Part shown: piece by piece, positions 31,940 through 46,276 of the stretch
Numbering within the stretch: position 1 is the stretch's first letter
How the letters are laid out: every line of letters begins with the position of its first letter
Assembly: GCA_964016885.1 (NCBI GenBank)
Contig: OZ024751.1
Coordinates: forward strand, 32,860,001-32,924,000
DNA: 64,000 nucleotides
Direction: 5' to 3'
Source: Eledone cirrhosa
Taxonomy: Eukaryota
The notes under the pieces: generated by a model
Database searches by the model: none
Told to the model about the DNA's origin: nothing
Seen by the model: only the letters and a program-made list of their open reading frames with translations
Position numbers and translations under genes: made by a program

Positions 31940-32155
31940 TTTCTAATTCAGACAAGGCCATCGATCTCTGCGGTGGTGGTGGGGGTCTATAGTATTGACC
32001 CCAGGACTTGATTGGTATTTTATTTTATCAAATGTGGAAGGATGAAAATCAAAGTTCTCCTCGGTTGAATTTGAACTAAGAACGTAAAGTGCTGGAATCT
32101 ACACCGCAATGGTATTTTATCGGAAACCCCCACCAATTCTACAAATTCAGCACCA
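31940..32155 (-). mobile_element. Degenerate SINE, family A-like
   Basis: Reverse-complement body ggatgaaaatcaaagttctcctcggttgaatttgaact. Confidence 0.65.
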
Positions 32156-32174
32156 TTTTGACATTACTACTAAT

Positions 32175-32375
32175 AATTTCTAATTAAGACACAAGACCAA
32201 CAATTTGTGGTGAGGAGAAACCGGTCACAATGTCTTGGTACTTTATTTATCGACCATGGGAGGATGAAAGACAAAGTCGACTTCGGCGCAATTTGAACTT
32301 AAAACATAAAGAGCCAGTACAATACTTCAATGGTATTTTATACGGTACCCCCTACCAATTCTACCAATCTTCCAC
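32175..32375 (-). mobile_element. Degenerate SINE, family A-like
   Basis: ggatgaaagacaaagtcgacttcggcgcaatttgaact and the tail cacaagacca match family A in reverse. Confidence 0.7.
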
Positions 32376-32439
32376 CAAATTCTGACAGCGCTCATAATAA
32401 AGAATATTCAATTTCCCTGTAATGTTTGATGAAAATATT

Positions 32440-32523
32440 CACATCTGTTCAGCAGATGATATCCATTCCTGTGCCTCACATCACATCTGTTCAGCAGATG
32501 ATATCCATTCCTGTGCCTCACAT
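32440..32523. repeat. 42-bp tandem duplication
   Basis: cacatctgttcagcagatgatatccattcctgtgcctcacat occurs twice in tandem. Confidence 0.9.
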
Positions 32524-32697
32524 TTCCTTTTACTCGGTTTCACAGAAAAATATTCTATTTGCTTTGAGTAGAAATTTTTATTGGAATATTTTCACCGTAA
32601 AATTCTTTAAAAAAACCCATGTAACTACACACGTGACTGTAATCTTGTTATCCGGGTAACGGGTTTTTACAGCATTGTTAATCGTTTGTTTGCTGTC

Positions 32698-32832
32698 ATT
32701 ACGTCCCTTTACGATCTGAGTTCAAATCCCGCCGAGGTTGACTTTGCCTTTCATCCTTACGGGGTCGATAAAATAAAGTACCAGTAATGCACTGGGCAAT
32801 TGCTGGCCTTGTGCCTAAAGTAGAAACAATTA
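32698..32832 (+). mobile_element. 5'-truncated SINE family A
   Basis: B-box, body and tail match the other copies. Confidence 0.85.
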
Positions 32833-33684
32833 TATAACTTATTAAGTAGCAGGAAGCTAGTAATTACAGACATGTTTGTAGTAATGAAGATATGTTGAAA
32901 TATTAAAAGTGATTCTGTCATCGTCTCAACCGTTACAACATCTTTGACACGATTTGAACTCAGAACGTAAAGTAACCCAATTATATATACAACATTCAAT
33001 TTGATTAGCGCTCTTCAAATTCTACTACAATTAATTAACATCATAACAGTATTAATGATTGTTGCTAATACAGGAGCAATCGGGTGGTGGTGAAGGGGGT
33101 GGTGCGGAAGAGGGATCAATTTAATTGACCAGAATACTTGATTTTTATCAACCTCAGGAGGAAGAAACGCGACGCTAGACCTCCATAGGCGATGAGCTCA
33201 GAAAGTAAAATAATGTAACTAGATACCCCGAGTCATTTTGCTCGGTGATCTACCGATTCAGCATTTAACCAATACCATAACAATATTATTACTAATAACA
33301 ATGAAGTCTAAAATTGGCCTAACGCCACATATTTTGTGGGAGCGGTATAGTCGATTAAATTTTATCAGCGAAGGAATAGTAAATCTAGTTATATTCTCAT
33401 TTATGACTGTGTTGGGAATTGTGTGGTATGTAAACTCTGAATAAATTACATATCTCTATCAAATATTATTATATTAATATCGTATATTGTAGAGAAATAT
33501 TATTGACTAGAAACACATAATAGAAAGTGAATAGACGAAAAAGTGTTCAATTTGATTATAAAGGACGAACAGATTATGTTTACTCTTCACTACAAATGTG
33601 TTTCGGAAGTTACTGTTTTAATGGCAAACAATATTTTGAACAAAAATATTGACGACTTGAAACTACTAAAAATACTTACCTCCC

Positions 33685-33845
33685 TCTTTAAAAAAATTAG
33701 TCGAAGGAAGTTCAACGCCCATGAAAATGTTAGTGGTGCACCCTAGTCAGGTTGGAGCAAGAGTTGAAAGTATCGTCAACATTTTTTTCAAAAGGTTTGC
33801 AACACAGCATTGAAGGACCAGGTCATTGTGGTAAATTGAGAGGCA

Positions 33846-33850
<5 letters not shown>
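33685..33850 (+). pseudogene. Highly decayed mariner/Tc1 transposase C-terminal remnant
   Basis: RRKFNAHENVSGA and STFFSKGLQHSIEGPGHCGKLRGNV resemble the mariner C-terminal pattern GKRF.S.EEV..A / FY..GI..L..RW.KC....G.Y; followed by (TA)n. Confidence 0.4.
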
Positions 33851-33886
<36 letters not shown>

Positions 33887-34080
33887 ATATTAACAAATGG
33901 AAACTATATTTATAAAACCATATTTATTTCATTATACATATTTCAAGGACACCAAGTTAAATTATGGTGTGCTTTCATCAGATAATATAGATCAGTTTTA
34001 TAAATAAATATTGACATACCCTTAAAGAATGCAACCATTACTGTTGGAAGCTCCCGGATAGTGGAGTTGTAGCTTTAATT

Positions 34081-34312
34081 ATATAAGATCAAAAGATGGT
34101 TAAAAGAGTTCCATGTATTTTATTATGCGCATTTCAGAAACAAATATCATGGGAGGATATTTGAGTTCTCATCAGATAAAATAGGGAGACATGATATGAA
34201 GCTTAAAAAACACTTGCGAGCAGTGAAGTGTTAAATCTACATATGATATTTGTTTCTGAAATGCGTATAATAAAATACATGGAACTCTTTTAACCATCTT
34301 TTGATCTTATAT
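34081..34312. mobile_element. Inverted-repeat (MITE/fold-back-like) element with 70-bp arms and a ~92-bp spacer
   Basis: 34081-34150 and 34243-34312 are reverse complements with one mismatch. Confidence 0.7.
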
Positions 34313-34401
34313 TATTTATACTCCAGTCCTATAAACTGTTGAGTGCTACTTATCCGATATTTGCATTGCTTTATTGTGCTACAATAAAACTCATCTCCTA
34401 C

Positions 34402-34434
<33 letters not shown>

Positions 34435-34752
34435 CTCACTTCTTTTCTTTCTAGCCTATACAAATGAAGTCATGTATTTATTTAAAGGACAAAACAAAAA
34501 CCAACTTCACAAAGAACAACAATAACAACAACAACAACAAATTTTAACAAAGAAAAGATTTTAAAAATAAATAATAAACTAAAAACAAAATAAATCAAAG
34601 CAAATGAAAATACAAAATAAATCTAAAACAAAAACACCTCTTAAACCCCGCCCCCGAAACAAACAAAAATTAACGAAAAACAACACAAGAACTCCCATAA
34701 AACAAAGACAAAAGAAGAAAAAAGGCGTCTTTCTAAGAAATCACTAATTATT

Positions 34753-34784
<32 letters not shown>

Positions 34785-34914
34785 AATAATAACTAATACA
34801 TTAGAAATATTTTTCAAGCGTTGGTTGTGTCGTCGTCTTAATAAATAATAAATATCTCAATTGAAAAGGAGCCATCTTGGAAATATATCTTGTCTGATTT
34901 TGAAAAGCTCTGAC

Positions 34915-34954
34915 CTAAGGCTGCGCAGTTGTTAGTGTCACTTTTCTATGGTAT
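34915..34954 (-). CDS. Candidate terminal coding exon of an unidentified host gene (..YHRKVTLTTAQP*)
   Basis: Minus strand shows branch-like gctaat, a pyrimidine tract and tgcag; stops in all frames within 40 nt; then about 450 nt of U-rich sequence and AATAAA at 34477-34482. The frame is not established. Confidence 0.3.
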
Positions 34955-35049
34955 CTGCAATGATGGAGGAAATGAGGAAATATTAGCAACTGATAAATTG
35001 TTTATTAAGCTGTTGCTGCTCACAAAACTGCCTAATTACATTGTCATTG

Positions 35050-35515
35050 ATCATACCTAGCATCAACAGCAGCATCAACAGCAGCATCAACAGCATCACC
35101 ATCAACAACAGCATCACCATCAACATCATCACCCGCGTCATCAACATTACTCATCACCATTATCATCATCATCATCATTATAGTTATCTGCACCATCATC
35201 ATTATTACTATCATCATCACCGGCATCATTGTTATACTCATTACCATCATCACCATCATCATCATCATCATTACCACCATCACCATCATCATCATCATTA
35301 CCACCATCACCATCATCATCATCATCAGCATCACCACCACCATCATCACCATCACCATCACCACCATCACCATCACCACCATCATCATCATTACCACCAC
35401 CATCACCATCACCATCATCATCATTACCACCATCATCATCACCATCCTACTCTCTACCACCATCATCATCATTATCACCATCATCACTATCATCATCCTA
35501 ATCGTCACCATCAGC
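35050..35515. repeat. (CAT/CAC)n trinucleotide repeat
   Basis: Direct inspection; the poly-His ORF is an artefact. Confidence 0.93.
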
Positions 35516-35518
35516 AGT

Positions 35519-35702
35519 GGCAGCGTGGATCGGCAGAGGGTCGGACGCCATGTTTTGCAGCATAGAGTTACGGCTCTTTACGGTCTCAGTTCAATGCCGC
35601 CGAGGTTAACTTTGCCTTTCATTTTTACGGAGGTCGATAAAATAAAGTACCAGTAATCTACTGGGGTAAGTGCTGGCCTTGTGCCAAAAGTAGAGACAAT
35701 TA
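35519..35702 (+). mobile_element. SINE family A
   Basis: Same body and tail as the other copies. Confidence 0.85.
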
Positions 35703-35754
35703 TCTGAACATTATTATCGTCGTCTAACTCATTTCCACAACCTTCATCCTAAAT

Positions 35755-36318
35755 ACCACCACCACCACCACCACCACCACCACCATCACCATCATCACCA
35801 CCACCACCAACACCACCATCACCACCACCACCACCACCATCACTTCCACCACCACCATCATCATCACCATCACATTTCTCTTCACATCTAAGAACATCCT
35901 CACCATCACCATCATCACCATCACCATCACCACCACCATCCTCATCTAAATATTCAGCACTATCATCACCAACATCTGCATTCCCACCACCACCATCATA
36001 AATTTCACCACCACCATCACCATCACCACCACCACCACCATCGCCATCTTATACACACCTTTAGCCTTCTACTTATTTATCATTAGCATCATCTAGTAGC
36101 AGCAGTAGTAGTGGTGGTAGTGTTGTAGTAGTGGTGGTAGTAGTAGCAGCAGCAGGAGAGGTAGTAGTAGTAGTGGTGGTAGTGTTGTAGTAGTGGTAGT
36201 AGTAGCAGCAGCAGGAGAGGTAGCAGTAGTAGTAGTAGTAGTGGTGGTAGTGTTGTAGTAGTGGTAGTGTTGTAGTAGTAGTAGTAGAGGTAGCAGTAGT
36301 AGTGGTGGTAGTGTTGTA

Positions 36319-36358
<40 letters not shown>

Positions 36359-36600
36359 CAGCAGGAGAGGTAGCAGTAGTAGTAGTGGTGGTAGTGTTGT
36401 AGTAGTGGTATTTCTAATGCTTGCGGTAGTGTAGTGGTTGTGGCGGTGTTAGTGGAGGTGGTGGTGGTGTGAGTGAGGTGGTGGTGGTGATGTTGGGGGG
36501 AAAAAAGAAATTCGTTAAAAAGAATTGTTAATGATGATGATGATGGCGATGATGATGATCATGATGATGATGATGATGATGACGACGAGGAGACAATTAC
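35755..36600. repeat. (CAC/CAT)n, then (TAG/TGG/CAG)n, then (GAT)n trinucleotide arrays
   Basis: Direct inspection. Confidence 0.9.
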
Positions 36601-37275
36601 GATGATTGTGGTGTCGATAAGAAATAGATTGGATATTGATGACAATGATGATGATGGTGGCGATGAGAGAGGTGATGATAACGTGATAGAGAGAAATGGT
36701 GGCGATGATGTGGTTGGTGCTGAGTAAGGTGATAGGGAAGAAAGATAACAAGTACAACTTTGACGGTAACTGCATTAAGGATTCGGTTACCAAAAACAGA
36801 AAATAATAACAGAAATAATAATAAAAATATTTAAAACCAAACTAAAAGAAAGAAATGTCGAGATGTGAGATGATAATAGTGGTAAATAAGTAAATAAGGA
36901 GTGAAGAGTGATAGGATGTCTCGGGATAGGCGATAGCGATAATTATATTTGTGTAATATTTTGCTGTTGTTATCGTTTTTAGTACCAAGTCTTCAATGGT
37001 TGGGAAAGAGTATAACAAAAGGCGTTCCAACCGTGATCAGACCATCTCGCTTGGTCCCACCTAGCGTATCTAGTAATAATGTAGCGAATTTGAGTCGTTA
37101 GAGCGTCGAAATATATTTACCAGTCTAGTACTGGGATCGATTCTTCTTCTATATCACTTTCTCACTCTGTCTATCGTTCCTTGGAAGAAATCTGCTATAT
37201 TCAGAGCTGGAGAGGACTGGGCTCCCTCAGGTTTAAAAATCACCCTAGAAACACCGTATATTACTACGCCGCCCT

Positions 37276-37393
37276 TAATGATAGTGACCCCAGTCCTATC
37301 ATCTCACATCTACAGCTGATTAAATTACCCAAGACACCTCCAACGAGATATACCTTGAAGGAGGCCAGCTAAACCTGTATAGGTGTGAGCTGT
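37276..37393 (+). mobile_element. Short rearranged fragment of the SINE at 60364-60605
   Basis: 37276-37319 matches 60435-60479 in the same orientation; 37320-37393 is the reverse complement of 60364-60438. Confidence 0.65.
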
Positions 37394-38187
37394 CTCTCAC
37401 ACACACAATACACCGCCTTTACGACTTCCTTAGGAGTTACGGGATCATGCTTGCTTGCAGTAAAAACACATCCAGGATGACGTAGCTTTCAATAAACTGT
37501 CAAAAGTACTGAAAGCAATATTCCCACATTTGTTATAAAAAGACCCGGGGATAATCAGAAATTAGCAACACCTTAGGTAGAAAATATAAATGAAATGGCT
37601 TAAACAAGAAGCGAAACGAGATAATAAATGCAGCTTTACGAAGGTGTGACTACATGATGGCACAGCTAAATATTGATACATTATATACTTAAAACATCTG
37701 ATACTAATTATGCTCCACTTAGCAGTTTTTAGTTAAAAGTCACCCAGAGGCTATCATATGCTTCGATAATCAAGGAAACATAAAATAGTCGAAAAATTGT
37801 ATCGGAAACGGTCGATAAAAAATATCGAACACTTTATGAAAATTACAGTTTGAAATTATTGAAACACACTATTGAAGCTAATCAGAAGAATGCACTGAGA
37901 AAATGATTGACCCTTGGAAATTTGAGCGCAGATATCCAACGGCGCTGTTTTTCACACACACACACACACGTGTGTGTATATATATACATACATACACGTG
38001 TGTGTGTGTGTGTGTCTGTGTGTGTGTGTGTGGATCGGGGCCAAATGTTTGCAGCATATTTAATTCTTCTGTTAAAAGTACGAAATGAGAAAGAAATGCA
38101 GATAAACCGGAAGAAGAATTATGTCTCACTCTGTAACTCAGCACACACACACACACACACACACGCACACACGCACACACGCACACA

Positions 38188-38232
<45 letters not shown>

Positions 38233-39469
38233 GAAAATTAATGCAAAGCATTTCTTCTGCGAAGTTTGAACTCAGAAATTAGAGAACCAGAAATAAAATA
38301 TCGACACATTAGCCTACACTCTAAATAGCCACATTATAAATACATCTCCTTGTTAGTGTACAAATCACAGTTATAATCATCGTGCTTTAGTTGTGGCAGG
38401 AGACGAACCTTGATGCTAGGATATCTTTCTCGCTATTCCATCGACTCACTGATTCACGTTTTCTTTAAATCATTAAATCACACACAAAAAATTATTCCTA
38501 TTTTTCTTTTATTTGTGTTTTTTTATTTGTTTGTTTTAGATTTGAAGTAATCAAACAAATTTCCGACAAAGACTGATGGAAAATTTCGGAAATATTCCGA
38601 ACTCATCCTCAGGTTCATGAAATTAATTTGATTGACTTAATGAATCATATGAAATCATAATGAAGTTGCCACATTGATGTATTTTTTGTGAGCAGCTAAT
38701 ACCACTGAATATTTCATACTCTCAGCTTTGCTTCTTTATTGTACCGAGTTTTCAATGTGTTCTTTATATTAAGACAACTGTCATACTTTGAAACAATGTT
38801 TTTTCCTTTAATTCAATTTTCATGACAATTAAATTCAATTTGCAAATAAAAAATGTCTTGACTAATTATAATTATATGTTTAGCCAAATTTGTAAAATTT
38901 AGAAAATCCTCGGATTATGGAAGTTAGATGAAAACAGAAAACGCAGTTTATCAATCGTGGAATGAGTTGTGCAATCGTATCTATTTTTTTACACAGAAGC
39001 TTAAATAAATGATACCGTATCAAGTCCATCTGTTGCAGCATTTGCCTCAACAGGGTTTTATCTGGTGACGAAACACAATAAACCAGTGATTAAGACACTG
39101 GTCAAACTTGACAACAGGAGATCTATAACAAACATTTGGTACTTCAAAGCGGTGTTTATGTCATACGGTGTTGCATAATTTTATGAAATATAAATTTATA
39201 TTTGGTGGTATACAGCCGGGGAAATCTAGATTAGATGAATTAAATTTATAAATTAAGTTAGTAGAAAAGCCAGGAATTTCCATAAAATCTCGATGTAAAC
39301 CGAAACTAACCGATGAATGGACTAGTTAACTAATTAATAATAAACTGAAGTGAAACTCAACTGGTGAGTGTATTTTTATTAGCAACATGACTCTCCCAAA
39401 GTATAACAATATTTGTTTCACTACACGATTTCACATTAAGCATCTTGCAAAACATATAAAAGCGAACTA

Positions 39470-40402
39470 TATATACATATACATATACATACATACTTAT
39501 ATACATGCATACATATACATATACATATATATACATATATATATACATATATATACATATATATATATACACATATATATACATACACATATACATACAT
39601 ATACATATATATACATATACATACATATATACATATACATACACATATATATACATATACATACACATATACATATACATATACATACATATATACATAT
39701 ACATACATATATACATATACATACATATACATATATATATACATATACATATACATATACATACATATATACATATACATACATATATACATATACATAT
39801 ACATACATATATACATATACATACATATACATATATATATACATACATATACATATACATACATATACATACATATACATATACATACATATACATACAT
39901 ACATATACATACATATACATATATATACATACATATACATACATATACATATATATACATATATATACATACATATACATATATATACATATATATACAT
40001 ACATATACATATATATACATACATATACATACATATACATATATATACATACATATACATATATATACAAATATATACATACATATACATATATATACAT
40101 ACATATACATATATATACATATATATACATATATATATATACATACATATATATACATATATATATATATATACATATATATACATACATATATATACAT
40201 ATATATATATACATACATATACATATATATATATACATACATATACATATATATATATACATATATACATATATATATACATACATATATATATATACAT
40301 ATATACATATATATATATACATATATATATATACATATATACATATATACATATATATATATACATATATACATATATACATATATATATATACATATAT
40401 AC

Positions 40403-40449
<47 letters not shown>

Positions 40450-40967
40450 CATACATACATACATATACATATATATACATACATACATATATATACATAT
40501 ATATATACACATATATATATACACATATATATATACACATATATATATACACATGTATATACATATATATACACACATATATATATACACATATATATAC
40601 ATATATATACACACATATATATATACACATATATATACATATATATACACACATATATATATACATATATATACATATATATACACACATATATATATAC
40701 ATATATATACACACATATATATACATATATATACACATATATATATACACATATATATATACACATATATATATACACATATATATATACATATATATAC
40801 ACATATATATATACACATATATACACATATATATATACACATATACATACACATATATACATACACATATATACATACATATATACACATACATATATAC
40901 ACATACATATATATATATACATATATACATATATATATATACATATATATATATACATATACATATA

Positions 40968-40998
<31 letters not shown>

Positions 40999-41177
40999 AC
41001 ATACATACATACATATATACATACATACATACATATATATATACATACATACATATATACATATATATACATACATACATATATATATATATACATACAT
41101 ATATATATATATACATACATATATATATATATACATACATACATATATATACATACATACATATATATATACATACA

Positions 41178-41211
<34 letters not shown>

Positions 41212-41502
41212 CATACATACATACATATATATATATATACATATACATACATATATATATATATACATATACATATACATATACATATATATACATATAC
41301 ATACATATACATATACATACATATACATATACATACATATATATATATACATATATACATATATATATATACATATATACATATACATATATACATATAC
41401 ATATATACATATACATATATACATATATACATATACATATATACATATACATATATACATATATATATATACATATATACATATATATATATACATATAT
41501 AC

Positions 41503-41533
<31 letters not shown>

Positions 41534-41552
41534 CATATATACATATATATAT

Positions 41553-41585
<33 letters not shown>

Positions 41586-41869
41586 TATATACATATATAT
41601 ATATACATATATATACATATATATATATACATATATATATATACATATATATACATATATATATATACATATATATATATACATATATATATATACATAT
41701 ATATATATACATATATATATATACATATACATATATATATATACATATATACATATATATATATACATATATACATATATATATACATATATATATACAT
41801 ATATACATATACATATATATACATATATATACATATATATACATATATTATTATATATATACATATATA

Positions 41870-41915
<46 letters not shown>

Positions 41916-41930
41916 TATATATATATATAC
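39470..41930. repeat. (TA)n/(TACA)n microsatellite array
   Basis: Direct inspection. Confidence 0.97.
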
Positions 41931-44042
41931 AGGAATCTGTTTCTCTCTTTATATATACTTTATATATACTTTATATATGCATTTGTAAAGCAATATATAA
42001 AAACAAATCATAAATATTACACTTGATAAATATTGTAAGCATAATTTGGTCAATATAATTAATAGTAGCAATAACTATAAAGACTTTGTTTGCTTAATAG
42101 AACTAATTGCATTGATAAATATAGTGGGATTGAATATATGCGTAACTAGGCGATTGATTTATCGTTTTAAAGAAAGATGCGAAACAAAGACATAAAAATC
42201 TAGTCTAAAAATCTTGTTTTCTTCCTAAAGTGACGCTGCCATTATGATGAATATGAATAGAAATATATATCAGTCGATAAATGTAGACCCAATAACTCAC
42301 TGAATCTTAACATACATACGCATACACACCGAATGTGCATTAGACAAGCGAATATAACGACAGATAAAAAAGAATAACTTTTTAATAATATAAAAAGGAA
42401 GATTTCAATTTTAAATCAATTTCAGATAAGAATTTAGTCGAGAAAAAGGATTTTATATATCTAAGCCTTAATAAAACATCTCGAAATGTTAATGCTAGGT
42501 AATCAAAATGAAACAAATTATAGAAAAAAAAAAAAAAATTAGATGTACATACATTTGTATTGTTTGTTGCATCAACGGAAAGCTCTTCAACTGGAATATA
42601 CGTGAGAAGAGAAATGCAAAGATAAGAAGAATTAGCATACCTCTGTAAAATACGAACTGAAATAAAGCTTGTCAGTAATTTTGAAAAGGAGAAAATAAAG
42701 TAACAGAGTAGAATTGTTAGCATGGAATAGAATAAAATGGAATATAAACGAAAGAAGGAAGGAGAGAATAAAAGTGGATCTGTTCACATTAGAATAATCC
42801 TTGATGATTCTCTTACGATGCTTTTAAAATAGGTTTTTCTAGGAATCTTATTCTTTGCCAATAGTTTCAATTGATTGGCAGGAATATGTAGGAATAAAAT
42901 ATGCCCGCCATATAGTTTTATTCTAGTAGAAGAGAATTGTAGCCAAAATCTGCTGTAAAACTATCAAATGAGAACATGTTAGAAGAGAAAAAGAAACCAA
43001 ACTAAAAACAGGAATATGTAATAATAAATGATCTTTTAAAGAAAGCAAGCTGTTACACTGAAAGAAAAATGGGCCGTCGTGAGTTGATTTAAACTAATTC
43101 ACTGATGTAAACAGCGAACAGAGGTAATTATATCTGCCTTTATTGATCGGCCGACAAATGTGTCTTATTAAACTTTCTTCTCTCATAAACATAATGACTG
43201 GGGAAAGGAGACGATTATCCTTGCAAACCTGTTGTACGGGTTTTGATTCGAGCAAACTGCTCTATATACAAAGCTCAATAGATATATTTTTGTTTATTAA
43301 ACAAATCATTCATATTTAGGACTAGTAGTGTTTCCTTCTCTAACAAGTTCAGAAACTCAGAAGGAATCTTTGAAAAAGAAACTGTAGTAGATGCTCTGTT
43401 AGAAAAGAATACATCTTTAGACCTCCCATCCACCCAGTTAACTGCGTTGTAACCATACAGTCCACAGGTGGTCTTTTCTTTTATTTTTATTTCCGATTTT
43501 TCTTCCATTTGTTTTCCGAAGAAGGATTGAAACGTCACTAATACTAGTCAACATCAATCTAATAACTATAATATATAACATATCCAGTCTTGTTGTTGGT
43601 TTTTATGCACTCACACCTATTCACACACACATAGGGGTGCACATATATATATATAGTGAGAGTTATATGTGTATATATATATATGTCTTATATTGCTCTA
43701 TATGAAAGAGACTGTAAAAACAAAATCGATGCAGTTCAAACGAGTGCGGTTCCTTTGTGATATCTGTTCTGCCATGTCTCCGTGAGCCGTCTGTCATAAA
43801 CACTGTGAAGCAGTCATTGCCTTCTTGAAATCCTGAATATCCGACATATAATTATACTATATTGTTCCTTGGTTCTTTCAGTTAGTCATTTTTACTGTGT
43901 GTTGTATAAACTCTCTGGAGAATTTATCACAAGTAGATTTTTAAAACTGCAACGGTAAAAATGTCAATATTGCATATCGATATAACGGTTTATATTAAAT
44001 GGTATTTCAATGGAGGAAATTATGACAAGCTATGATATCCAC

Positions 44043-44079
<37 letters not shown>

Positions 44080-44568
44080 GTATATATTATATGACTTGGG
44101 AGTAAATAAAGTGAAGAGGGAATAAGAAGTTTGGAATAAAGTATTTGCAAACTTAGAAAAAACAATTATCGAAAAGCAATATGTAAGAATCTGATTGAAA
44201 TCGTCACTGTTAAAGATGCTGCAATAGTAAGACAGAATAAGAAAGCTGTATATTTGTGTGTATATTTGTTGGGGGCATATTTTGTAACGTATATATCAAT
44301 GTATCCAAATGTTTGAACAGGCAAAAGCTATATTTTTGCCCTATGGATAATATGACCTCAAACAGCCGATGTTTTATTTTGCTGCCTATTTAGAATACGA
44401 AGGTTTGTCCTTGCCGAGGTTTATAAAGGTATCTCCTGGAAAGGGTGTACGATTTAATATATGACAACTTGATAAGTAGTAACATGACTGAGAGCTCAGC
44501 ACAGCGTCTCAGGAAAATATTGATACGTGACAGATTGCCGTATATATTATATCTTAGATTCGAATAAT

Positions 44569-44784
44569 ACAGTTACAGCCACAATCCATCCAACAGGCTT
44601 CCACACAGTTACAGTCACAATCCATCCAACAGGCTTCCACACAGTTACAGTCACAATCCATCCAACAGGCTTCCACACAGTTACAGTCACAATCCATCCA
44701 ATAGGCTTCCACACAGTTACAGTCACAATCCATCCAACAGGCTTCCACATAGTTACAGTCACAATCCATCCAACAGGCTTCCAC
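44569..44784. repeat. 36-bp minisatellite, 6 copies
   Basis: Unit acagttacagtcacaatccatccaacaggcttccac at 36-bp spacing. Confidence 0.95.
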
Positions 44785-44905
44785 AGAGTTACTGTTTACC
44801 ATATTTCGTTGACAATGCTTCAATTAACTTGGAGTTATATTAAAGAGACTTGCTTGTGATGCCATGCAGTGAGCACGAACCCACGACCTCATCGTTTCGA
44901 AACAT
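44785..44905 (-). mobile_element. Degenerate tRNA-type SINE fragment
   Basis: The minus strand has B-box-like gaggtcgtgggttcgtgc; it continues directly from the minisatellite. Confidence 0.45.
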
Positions 44906-46228
44906 TTCTAAGGAATTAACATTTTCTCTGCCTACTTTACTTTGTTGGTTATGAGGATAGTCTCACAAGTTAGACAGAAACAGTAGTCAGCGCCACCTGT
45001 AGGATGTCACTCATGTGTAAATGTTCACTTTTCCCCCTCTCTACGGACATATATTGCCCAACGTGTGTATATTATGTATGTGTGTGTGAGTGTGTATGCC
45101 TGATTGTGTGTGAGTGCGAGTGTGAATGCGTGAGTGTGAGTGTGTGTGTGAATGAGTGTGTGAGTGTGAGTGTGTGTATACGTGTGTACTAGCAAAGAGC
45201 TGGATCAATATCTTGCCAGCGCACAATCATGGACATGTAGTTTATTTATCGACCGAAAAAATGACAGGCGAATTTAACCTGGCAGGAATTTGAACACAGA
45301 ATACAAGAAGCCGGAATAAATACGATGGGGTTGGGTGGGTACTTCGTTTGACGATCAAAAGTTTCTGCCAATCAATTAACTGGATCAATATATCCAACCT
45401 TACCCAACAAATTCCATACCGTGTACTTGTGTTAGATATCAATATTTTTCATTGCGATGTTTTACGTTAAACTGGCCGAATGTTTTGTTTTAGATTTCCT
45501 CTGATTTTATTTACTCTAGTTATATGTTTAATACACAAAGACATCCCTCCCCGACACCACCCTATTCTATACAAGACTAGACTATTGTACATGCACTACA
45601 TTGCTTGCCAATGTTAGAATACTAGTTTTGGCAAAAACACACAAACTCACATCGCTGCCAAAATCTCAAGTATTTTTTGCTTCCAGTACTAAACACACAC
45701 ACACACACACACACATACATTGTGTGTGTGTGTGTAAGTGTATGTATGCATGTATTTATGTAAGTATATTACATGTGTGTCCGTGTCCCTTTATATAAAT
45801 ATATATTCCAAACATACACACACATTATATATGTATATATGTATACACACACACCTTCGTACGAGAGTGAGTGAGTGAGTGAGTGAGTGAGTGTATGCAC
45901 GCATTTATGTACGTATATTACATATGTGTGTGTCCGTCCCTTTATATAAATATATATTCCAGATATACACACACACACATTAATGAATTCATATATACAC
46001 ACACTTGCGTATGAATGTGTGTGTGTGTGTGTGTGTGTGAGTGAGTGTGTGTGTCTGTAACCAATGAATCACACGAAACAAATCTTAATTCATCTAATCG
46101 AGGTGTTTATTTTCTAAGTGTACTTTACAACTAATTAGAAATTGATTAGTTCAATACCCACTGTACACACACACACACACACACACACACATATGTATAT
46201 ATGCACACACACATACACAATCACACCC

Positions 46229-46276
<48 letters not shown>

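Noticed and set aside
34141-34180. Minus-strand CUGAUGA inside the 34-kb inverted repeat
   Set aside because: G12 of GAAA is missing and no stem I forms.
35041-35565. Poly-histidine ORF
   Set aside because: CAT/CAC microsatellite running into a SINE.
7856-42026. Very long Y/I/H/T/M/C/V-rich ORFs (up to 1304 aa)
   Set aside because: Translations of TA/TACA microsatellites, which lack stop codons; only the part of 23475-27389 after 25255 is real (LINE RT).
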